Assembly (NCBI RefSeq): GCF_964355755.1
Contig: NC_092676.1
Location: 12,386,771-12,450,770 of the forward strand
Length of the DNA stretch: 64,000 nt
From: Antedon mediterranea
Taxonomy: Eukaryota; Animalia; Echinodermata
Direction of reading: 5' to 3'
The position numbers and the translations under genes were made by a program. Numbering within the stretch: position 1 is the first letter of the stretch; each line of letters opens with the position of its first letter. Of this stretch, positions 1-10,990 are shown one piece after another. The notes beneath the pieces were generated by a model, which worked only from the letters and a program-made list of their open reading frames with translations, made no database searches and was not told the origin of the DNA.

Positions 1-118
1 TGAAAGCGTTTTAGAGCATTTTTAGCATTTCGATAATACTTTTCACACAAAAACATCAAAGTGTACAAAATAGCTTCAAATCGCATTTGGAGACGTTTTA
101 GACCATTTTGTGCATTTC

Positions 119-196
119 GATGAAACTTGGTTACACAAAAACATCAAAGTGCTTAAAATCACATTTAAAACAGTTTTAGAGCATTTTGAGCATTTC
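119..196 (+). repeat. Example of monomer class B (78 bp)
   Basis: Diagnostic motifs are GATGAAACTTGGTTACAC and AAAGTGCTTAAAATCACATTT. Relative to class A it has +1 bp in the head and a 10-bp loss after AAAGTG. Consecutive TCGA sites are 78 bp apart (119 to 197). Confidence 0.93.
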
Positions 197-283
197 GATA
201 AAACTTTTCACACAAAAACATCAAAGTGTACAAAATAGCTTCAAATCGCATTTAAAGAGGTTTTAGACCATTTTGTGCATTTC
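197..283 (+). repeat. Example of monomer class A (87 bp, the commonest class)
   Basis: GATAAAACTTTTCACACAAAAACATCAAAGTGTACAAAATAGCTTCAAATCGCATTT...; TCGA spacing is 87 bp (197 to 284 to 371). Confidence 0.95.
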
Positions 284-370
284 GATAAAACTTTTCACAC
301 AAAAACATCAAAGTGTACAAAATAGCTTCAAATCGCATTTAGAGACGTTTTAGACCATCTTGTGCATTTC

Positions 371-457
371 GATAAAACTTTTCACACAAAAACATCAAAT
401 TGCACAAAATAGCTAAATATCGTGTTTGAAAACGTTTTAAACCATTTTGAGCATGTC
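371..457 (+). repeat. Example of monomer class C (87 bp)
   Basis: The class consensus carries CAAATTGCAC, TAATAYCGTGTTTGAAA and GAGCATGTCGA. TCGA spacing is 87 bp (371 to 458). Confidence 0.92.
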
Positions 458-544
458 GATAAAACTTTTCACACAAAAATATCAAAGTGCACAGAATATC
501 TTCAAATCGCATTTAGAGACGTTTTAGACCATTTTGTGCATTTC

Positions 545-632
545 GAAAAAATTTGTTAACATAAAAAGACCAAAGTGTTTAGAATATCTCCAAATCGCAT
601 TTGGAGACGTTTTAGACCATTTTGTGTTTTTC
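545..632 (+). repeat. Example of monomer class D (88 bp)
   Basis: Diagnostic motif GAAAAAATTTGTTAACATAAAAAGACCAAAGTGTTTAGAATATCTCCAAAT; TCGA spacing is 88 bp (545 to 633). Confidence 0.93.
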
Positions 633-3600
633 GAAAAAACTTTTCACACAAAAACATCAAAGTGTACAAAATTGCTTCAAATCGCATTTGGAGACGTTTT
701 AGACCATTTTGTGATTTTCGAAAAACTTTTCACACAAAAACATCAAAGTGTAGAAAATTGCTTCAAATCGCATTTAGAGACGTTTTAGACCATTTTGTGC
801 ATTTCGAAAAAATTTGTTAACATAAAAAGACCAAAGTGTTTAGAATATTTCCAAATCGCATTTGGAGACGTTTTAGACCATTTTGTGCATTTCGATGAAA
901 CTTGGTTACACAAAAACATCAAAGTGCTTAAAATCACATTTAAAACCGTTTTAGAGCGTTTTGAGCATTTCGATAAACTTTTCACACAAAAACATCAAAG
1001 TGCACAAAATAGCATTTAGAGATGTTTTAGACCATTTTGTGCATTTCGATAAAACTTTTCACACAAAAACATCAAATTGCACAAAAAAGCTTAATACCGT
1101 GTTTGAAATCGTTTTAAACCAATTTGAGCATGTCGATAAAACTTTTCACACAAAAAAATCAAAGTGCACAGAATATCTTCAAATCGCATTTAGAGACGTT
1201 TTAGACCATTTTGTGCATTTCGAAAAAATTTGTTAACATAAAAAGACCAAAGTGTTTAGAATATCTCCAAATCGCATTTGGAGACGTTTTAAACCATTTT
1301 GTGCATTTCGATGGAACTTGGTTACACAAAAACATCAAAGTGCTTAAAATCACATTTGAAAGCGTTTTAGAGCATTTTTAGCATTTCGATAATACTTTTC
1401 ACACAAAAACATCAAAGTGTACAGAATAGCTTCAAATCGCATTTGGAGACGTTTTAGACCATTTTGTGCATTTCGATGAAACTTGGTTACACAAAAACAT
1501 CAAAGTGCTTAAAATCACATTTGAAACCGTTTTAGAGCATTTTTAACATTTCGATAATACTTTTCACACAAAAACATCAAAGTGTACAAAATAGCTTCAA
1601 ATCGCATTTGGAGACGTTTTAGACCATTTTGTGCATTTCGATGAAACTTGGTTACACAAAAACATCAAAGTGCTTAAAATCACATTTGAAAGCGTTTTAG
1701 AGCATTTTTAGCATTTCGATAATACTTTTCACACAAAAACATCAAAGTGCACAAAATAGCTTCAAATCGCATTTAGAGATGTTTTAGACCATTTTGTGCA
1801 TTTCGATAAAACTTTTCACACAAAAACATCAAATTGCACAAAATAGCTTAATACCGTGTTTGAAATCATTTTAAACCATTTTGAGCATGTCGATAAAACT
1901 TTTCACACAAAAACATCAAAGTTTTTAGAATATCTCCAAATCGCATTTGGAGACGTTTTAGACCATTTTGTGCATTTCGATGAAACTTGGTTACACAAAA
2001 ACATCAAAGTGCTTAAAATCACATTTGAAACCGTTTTAGAGCATTTTGAGCATTTCGATAAAACTTTTCAAACAAAAACATCAAAGTGTACAAAATAGCT
2101 TCAAATCACATTTGAAACCGTTTTAGACCATTTTGAGCATTTCGATAAAACTTTTCACACAAAAACATCAAAGTGTACAAAATAGCTTCAAATCGCATTT
2201 GGAGACGTTTTAGACCATTTTGTGCATTTCGATGAAACTTGGTTACACAAAAACATCAAAGTGCTTAAAATCACATTTGAAACCGTTTTAGAGCATTTTT
2301 AGCATTTCGATAATACTTTTCACACAAAACATCAAAGTGTACAAAATAGCTTCAAATCGCATTTGGAGACGTTTTAGACCATTTTGTGCATTTCGATGAA
2401 ACTTGGTTACACAAAAACATCAAAGTGCTTAAAATCACATTTGAAACCGTTTTAGACCATTTTGAGCATTTCGATAAAACTTTTCACACAAAAAAATCAA
2501 AGTGCACAAAATAGCTTCAAATCGCATTTGGGGACGTTTTAGACTATTTTGTGCATTTCGAAAAAAATTGTTAACATAAAAAGACCAAAGTGTTTAGAAT
2601 ATCTCCAAATCGCATTTGGAGACGTTTTAAACCATTTTGTGCATTTCGATGGAACTTGGTTACACAAAAACATCAAAGTGCTTAAAATCACATTTAAAAC
2701 CGTTTTAGAGCATTTTTAGCATTTCGATAAAACTTTTCACACAAAAACATCAAAGTGTACAAAATAGCTTCAAATCGCATTTAGAGAGGTTTTAGACAAT
2801 TTTGTGCATTTCGATAAAACTTTTCACACAAAAACATCAAAGTGTACAAAATAGCTTCAAATTGCATTTAGAGACGTTTTAGACCATTTTGTGCATTTCG
2901 ATAAAACTTTTCACACAAAAACATCAAATTGCACAAAATCGTTTTAAACCATTTTAAATCGTTTTAAACCATTTTGAGCATTTCGATAAAACTTTTCACA
3001 AAAAACATCAAAGTGCACAGAATAGCTTCAAATTGCATTTGGAGACGTTTTAGAGCATTTTGTGCATTTCGATAAAATGTGTTAACATAAAAAGACCAAA
3101 GTGTTTAGAATATCTTCAAATCACATTTGGAGACGTTTTAGACCATTTTGTGCATTTCGATGAAACTTGGTTACACAAAAACATCAAAGTGCTTAAAATC
3201 ACATTTGAAACCGTTTTAGAGCATTTTTAGCATTTCGATAAAACTTTTCACACAAAAACATCAAAGTGTACAAAATAGCTTCAAATCGCATTTAGAGACG
3301 TTTTAGACCATTTTGTGCATTTCGAAAAAATTTGTTAACATAAAAAGACCAAAGTGTTTAGAATATCTCCAAATCGCATTTGGAGACGTTTTAGACCATT
3401 TTGTGCATTTCGATGAAACTTGGTTACACAAAAACATCAAAGTGCTTAAAATCACATTTGAAACCGTTTTAGAGCATTTTTAGCATTTCGATAATACTTT
3501 TCACACAAAAACATCAAAGTGTACAAAATAGCTTCAAATCGCATTTGGAGACGTTTTAGACCATTTTGTGCATTTCGATGAAACTTGGTTACACAAAAAC

Positions 3601-6453
3601 ATCAAAGTGCTTAAAATCACATTTGAAACCGTTTTAGACCATTTTGAGCATTTCGATAAAACTTTTCACACAAAAAAATCAAAGTGCACAAAATAGCTTC
3701 AAATCGCATTTGGAGACGTTTTAGACTATTTTGTGCATTTTGAAAAAATTTGTTAACATAAAAAGACCAAAGTGTTTAGAATATCTCCAAATCGCATTTG
3801 GAGACGTTTTAAACCATTTTGTGCATTTCGATGGAACTTGGTTACACAAAAACATCAAAGTGCTTAAAATCACATTTAAAACCGTTTTAGAGCATTTTGA
3901 GCATTTCGATAAAACTTTTCACACAAAAACATCAAAGTGTACAAAATAGCTTCAAATCGCATTTAGAGACGTTTTAGACCATTTTGTGCATTTCGATAAA
4001 ACTTTTCACACAAAAACATCAAATTGCACAAATAGCTTAATACCGTGTTTGAAATCGTTTTAAACCATTTTGAGCATGTCGATAAAACTTTTCACAAAAA
4101 AACATCAAAGTGCACAGAATAGCTTCAAATCGCATTTGGAGACGTTTTAAACCATTTTGTGCATTTCGATAAAACTTTTCACATAAAAACAACAAAGTGT
4201 ACAAAATAGCTTCAAATCGCATTTGGAGACGTTTTAGACCATTTTGTGTATTTCGATGAAACTCATCAAAGTGCTTAAAATCACATTTGAAACCGTTTTA
4301 GAGCATTTTGAGCATTTCGATAAAACTTTTCACACAAAAACATCAAAGTGTACAAAATAGCTTCAAATCACATTTGAAACCGTTTTAGACCATATTGAGC
4401 ATTTCGATAAAACTTTTCACACAAAAAAATCAAAGTGTACAAAATAGCTTCAAATCGCATTTGGAGACGTTTTAGACCATTTTGTGTATTTCGATGAAAC
4501 TTGGTTACACAAAAACATCAAAGTGCTTAAAATCACATTTGAAAGCGTTTTAGAGCATTTTTAGCATTTCGATAATACTTTTCACACAAAAACATCAAAG
4601 TGTACAAAATAGCTTCAAATCGCATTTGGAGACGTTTTAGACCATTTTGTGCATTTCGATGAAACTTGGTTACACAAAAACATCAAAGTGCTTAAAATCA
4701 CATTTAAAACAGTTTTAGAGCATTTTGAGCATTTCGATAAAACTTTTCACACAAAAACATCAAAGTGTACAAAATAGCTTCAAATCGCATTTAGAGACGT
4801 TTTAGACCATTTTGTGCATTTCGAAAAAATTTGTTAACATAAAAAGACCAAAGTGTTTAGAATATCTCCAAATCGCATTTGGAGACGTTTTAGACCATTT
4901 TGTGCATTTCAATGAAACTTGGTTACACAAAAACATCAAAGTGCTTAAAATCACATTTGAAACCGTTTTAGAGCATTTTTAGCATTTCGATAATACTTTT
5001 CACACAAAAACATCAAAGTGTACAAAATAGCTTCAAATCGCATTTAGAGAGGTTTTAGACCATTTTGTGCATTTCGATAAAACTTTTCACACAAAAACAT
5101 CAAAGTGTACAAAATAGCTTCAAATCGCATTTAGAGACGTTTTAGACCATTTTGTGCATTTCGATAAAACTTTTCACACAAAAACATCAAATTGCACAAA
5201 ATAGCTTAATACCGTGTTTGAAATCGTTTTAAACCATTTTGAGCATGTCGATAAAACTTTTCACAAAAAAACATCAAAGTGCACAGAATAGCTTCAAATC
5301 GCATTTGGAGACGTTTTAAACCATTTTGAGCATTTCGATAAAACTTTTCACACAAAAACATCAAAGTGTACAAAATAGCTTCAAATCGCATTTAGAGAGG
5401 TTTTAGACCATTTTGTGCATTTCGATAAAACTTTTCACACAAAAACATCAAATTGCACAAAATAGCTTAATATCGTGTTTGAAAACGTTTTAAACCATTT
5501 TGAGCATGTCGATAAAACTTTTCACACAAAAATATCAAAGCGCACAGAATATCTTCAAATCGCATTTAGAGACGTTTTAGACCATTTTGTGCATTTCGAA
5601 AAAATTTGTTAACATAAAAAGACCAAAGTGTTTAGAATATCTCCAAATCGCATTTGGAGACGTTTTAGACCATTTTGTGCATTTCGATGAAACTTGATTA
5701 CACAAAAACATCAAAGTGCTTAAAATCACATTTAAAACCGTTTTAGAGCGTTTTGAGCATTTCGATAAACTTTTCACACAAAAACATCAAAGTGCACAAA
5801 ATAGCTTCAAATCGCATTTAGAGATGTTTTAGACCATTTTGTGCATTTCGATAAAACTTTTCACACAAAAACATCAAATTGCACAAAAAAGCTTAATACC
5901 GTGTTTGAAATCGTTTTAAACCAATTTGAGCATGTCGAAAAAACTTTTCACACAAAAACATCAAAGTGCACAGAATATCTCCAAATCGCATTTGGAGACG
6001 TTTTAGACCATTTTGTGCATTTCGATGAAACTTGGTTACACAAAAACATCAAAGTGCTTAAAATCACATTTGAAACCGTTTTAGAGCATTTTGAGCATTT
6101 CGATAATACTTTTCACACAAAACATCAAAGTGTACAAAATAGCTTCAAATCGCATTTGGAGACGTTTTAGACCATTTTGTGCATTTCGATGAAACTTGGT
6201 TACACAAAAACATCAAAGTGCTTAAAATCACATTTGAAACCGTTTTAGACCATTTTGAGCATTTCGATAAAACTTTTCACACAAAAAAATCAAAGTGCAC
6301 AAAATAGCTTCAAATCGCATTTGGGGACGTTTTAGACTATTTTGTGCATTTCGAAAAAAATTGTTAACATAAAAAGACCAAAGTGTTTAGAATATCTCCA
6401 AATCGCATTTGGAGACGTTTTAAACCATTTTGTGCATTTCGATGGAACTTGGT

Positions 6454-7785
6454 TACACAAAAACATCAAAGTGCTTAAAATCACATTTAAAACCGTTTTA
6501 GAGCATTTTTAGCATTTCGATAAAACTTTTCACACAAAAACATCAAAGTGTACAAAATAGCTTCAAATCGCATTTAGAGAGGTTTTAGACAATTTTGTGC
6601 ATTTCGATAAAACTTTTCACACAAAAACATCAAAGTGTACAAAATAGCTTCAAATTGCATTTAGAGACGTTTTAGACCATTTTGTGCATTTCGATAAAAC
6701 TTTTCACACAAAAACATCAAATTGCACAAAATCGTTTTAAACCATTTTAAATCGTTTTAAACCATTTTGAGCATGTCGATAAAACTTTTCACAAAAAACA
6801 TCAAAGTGCACAGAATAGCTTCAAATTGCATTTGGAGACGTTTTAGAGCATTTTGTGCATTTCGATAAAATGTGTTAACATAAAAAGACCAAAGTGTTTA
6901 GAATATCTTCAAATCACATTTGGAGACGTTTTAGACCATTTTTTGCATTTCGATGAAACTTGGTTACACAAAAACATCAAAGTGCTTAAAATCACATTTG
7001 AAACCGTTTTAGAGCATTTTGAGCATTTCGATAAAACTTTTCACACAAAAACATCAAAGTGTACAAAATAGCTTCAAATCGCATTTAGAGACGTTTTAGA
7101 CCATTTTTTGCATTTCGATGAAACTTGGTTACACAAAAACATCAAAGTGCTTAAAATCACATTTAAAACCGTTTTAGAGCATTTTTAGCATTTCGATAAA
7201 ACTTTTCACACAAAAACATCAAAGTGTACAAAATAGCTTCAAATCGCATTTAGAGAGGTTTTAGACAATTTTGTGCATTTCGATAAAACTTTTCACACAA
7301 AAACATCAAAGTGTACAAAATAGCTTCAAATTGAATTTAGAGACGTTTTAGACCATTTTTTGCATTTCGATAAAACTTTTCACACAAAAACATCAAATTG
7401 CACAAAATCGTTTTAAACCATTTTAAATCGTTTTAAACCATTTTGAGCATTTCGATAAAACTTTTCACAAAAAACATCAAAGTGCACAGAATAGCTTCAA
7501 ATTGCATTTGGAGACGTTTTAGAGCATTTTGTGCATTTCGATAAAATGTGTTAACATAAAAAGACCAAAGTGTTTAGAATATCTTCAAATCACATTTGGA
7601 GACGTTTTAGACCATTTTTTGCATTTCGATGAAACTTGGTTACACAAAAACATCAAAGTGCTTAAAATCACATTTGAAACCGTTTTAGAGCATTTTGAGC
7701 ATTTCGATAAAACTTTTCACACAAAAACATCAAAGTGTACAAAATAGCTTCAAATCGCATTTAGAGACGTTTTAGACCATTTTGT
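6454..7785 (+). repeat. Tandem pair of a 676-bp, 8-monomer higher-order repeat
   Basis: The marker monomer with a 20-bp internal duplication is at 6729 and 7405. ORFs at 6853 and 7529 give an offset of 676. The eight monomer lengths sum to 676. Confidence 0.9.
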
Positions 7786-9659
7786 GCATTTCGAAAAAAT
7801 TTGTTAACATAAAAAGACCAAAGTGTTTAGAATATCTCCAAATCGCATTTGGAGACGTTTTAGACCATTTTGTGCATTTCGATGAAACTTGGTTACACAA
7901 AAACATCAAAGTGCTTAAAATCACATTTGAAACCGTTTTAGAGCATTTTTAGCATTTCGATAATACTTTTCACACAAAAACATCAAAGTGTACAAAATAG
8001 CTTCAAATCGCATTTGGAGACGTTTTAGACCATTTTGTGCATTTCGAAAAAATTTGTTAACATAAAAAGACCAAAGTGTTTAGAATATCTCCAAATCGCA
8101 TTTGGAGACGTTTTAGACCATTTTGTGCATTTCGATGAAACTTGGTTACACAAAAACATCAAAGTGCTTAAAATCACATTTGAAACCGTTTTAGAGCATT
8201 TTTAGCATTTCGATAATACTTTTCACACAAAAACATCAAAGTGTACAAAATAGCTTCAAATCGCATTTGGAGACGTTTTAGACCATTTTGTGCATTTCGA
8301 TGAAACTTGGTTACACAAAAACATCAAAGTGCTTAAAATCACATTTGAAACCGTTTTAGACCATTTTGAGCATTTCGATAAAACTTTTCACACAAAAAAA
8401 TCAAAGTGCACAAAATAGCTTCAAATCGCATTTGGAGACGTTTTAGACTATTTTGTGCATTTTGAAAAAATTTGTTAACATAAAAAGACCAAAGTGTTTA
8501 GAATATCTCCAAATCGCATTTGGAGACGTTTTAGACCATTTTGTGCATTTCAATGAAACTTGGTTACACAAAAACATCAAAGTGCTTAAAATCACATTTG
8601 AAACCGTTTTAGAGCATTTTTAGCATTTCGATAATACTTTTCACACAAAAACATCAAAGTGTACAAAATAGCTTCAAATCGCATTTAGAGAGGTTTTAGA
8701 CCATTTTGTGCATTTCGATAAAACTTTTCACACAAAAACATCAAAGTGTACAAAATAGCTTCAAATCGCATTTAGAGACGTTTTAGACCATTTTGTGCAT
8801 TTCGATAAAACTTTTCACACAAAAACATCAAATTGCACAAAATAGCTTAATACCGTGTTTGAAATCGTTTTAAACCATTTTGAGCATGTCGATAAAACTT
8901 TTCACAAAAAAACATCAAAGTGTTTAGAATATCTCCAAATCGCATTTGGAGACGTTTTAGACCATTTTGTGCATTTCGATGAAACTTGGTTACACAAAAA
9001 CATCAAAGTGCTTAAAATCACATTTGAAACCGTTTTAGAGCATTTTGAGCATTTCGATAAAACTTTTCAAACAAAAACATCAAAGTGTACAAAATAGCTT
9101 CAAATCACATTTGAAACCGTTTTAGACCATTTTGAGCATTTCGATAAAACTTTTCACACAAAAACATCAAAGTGTACAAAATAGCTTCAAATCGCATTTG
9201 GAGACGTTTTAGACCATTTTGTGCATTTCGATGAAACTTGGTTACACAAAAACATCAAAGTGCTTAAAATCACATTTGAAACCGTTTTAGAGCATTTTTA
9301 GCATTTCGATAATACTTTTCACACAAAACATCAAAGTGTACAAAATAGCTTCAAATCGCATTTGGAGACGTTTTAGACCATTTTGTGCATTTCGATGAAA
9401 CTTGGTTACACAAAAACATCAAAGTGCTTAAAATCACATTTGAAACCGTTTTAGACCATTTTGAGCATTTCGAAAAAACTTTTCACACAAAAAAATCAAA
9501 GTGCACAAAATAGCTTCAAATCGCATTTGGGGACGTTTTAGACTATTTTGTGCATTTCGAAAAAAATTGTTAACATAAAAAGACCAAAGTGTTTAGAATA
9601 TCTCCAAATCGCATTTGGAGACGTTTTAAACCATTTTGTGCATTTCGATGGAACTTGGT

Positions 9660-10990
9660 TACACAAAAACATCAAAGTGCTTAAAATCACATTTAAAACC
9701 GTTTTAGAGCATTTTTAGCATTTCGATAAAACTTTTCACACAAAAACATCAAAGTGTACAAAATAGCTTCAAATCGCATTTAGAGAGGTTTTAGACAATT
9801 TTGTGCATTTCGATAAAACTTTTCACACAAAAACATCAAAGTGTACAAAATAGCTTCAAATTGCATTTAGAGACGTTTTAGACCATTTTGTGCATTTCGA
9901 TAAAACTTTTCACACAAAAACATCAAATTGCACAAAATCGTTTTAAACCATTTTAAATCGTTTTAAACCATTTTGAGCATGTCGATAAAACTTTTCACAA
10001 AAAACATCAAAGTGCACAGAATAGCTTCAAATTGCATTTGGAGACGTTTTAGAGCATTTTGTGCATTTCGATAAAATGTGTTAACATAAAAAGACCAAAG
10101 TGTTTAGAATATCTTCAAATCACATTTGGAGACGTTTTAGACCATTTTTTGCATTTCGATGAAACTTGGTTACACAAAAACATCAAAGTGCTTAAAATCA
10201 CATTTGAAACCGTTTTAGAGCATTTTGAGCATTTCGATAAAACTTTTCACACAAAAACATCAAAGTGTACAAAATAGCTTCAAATCGCATTTAGAGACGT
10301 TTTAGACCATTTTTTGCATTTCGATGAAACTTGGTTACACAAAAACATCAAAGTGCTTAAAATCACATTTAAAACCGTTTTAGAGCATTTTTAGCATTTC
10401 GATAAAACTTTTCACACAAAAACATCAAAGTGTACAAAATAGCTTCAAATCGCATTTAGAGAGGTTTTAGACAATTTTGTGCATTTCGATAAAACTTTTC
10501 ACACAAAAACATCAAAGTGTACAAAATAGCTTCAAATTGCATTTAGAGACGTTTTAGACCATTTTGTGCATTTCGATAAAACTTTTCACACAAAAACATC
10601 AAATTGCACAAAATCGTTTTAAACCATTTTAAATCGTTTTAAACCATTTTGAGCATTTCGATAAAACTTTTCACAAAAAACATCAAAGTGCACAGAATAG
10701 CTTCAAATTGCATTTGGAGACGTTTTAGAGCATTTTGTGCATTTCGATAAAATGTGTTAACATAAAAAGACCAAAGTGTTTAGAATATCTTCAAATCACA
10801 TTTGGAGACGTTTTAGACCATTTTTTGCATTTCGATGAAACTTGGTTACACAAAAACATCAAAGTGCTTAAAATTACATTTGAAACCGTTTTAGAGCATT
10901 TTGAGCATTTCGATAAAACTTTTCACACAAAAACATCAAAGTGTACAAAATAGCTTCAAATCGCATTTAGAGACGTTTTAGACCATTTTG
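9660..10990 (+). repeat. Tandem pair of the 676-bp HOR
   Basis: ORFs at 10059 and 10735; markers at 9935 and 10611. Confidence 0.9.

Noticed and set aside
587-615. Hairpin followed by a T-run as a bacterial intrinsic terminator or REP-like element
   Set aside because: The stem is AT-rich, there is no upstream gene, and the context is a continuous satellite rather than a prokaryotic intergenic region.
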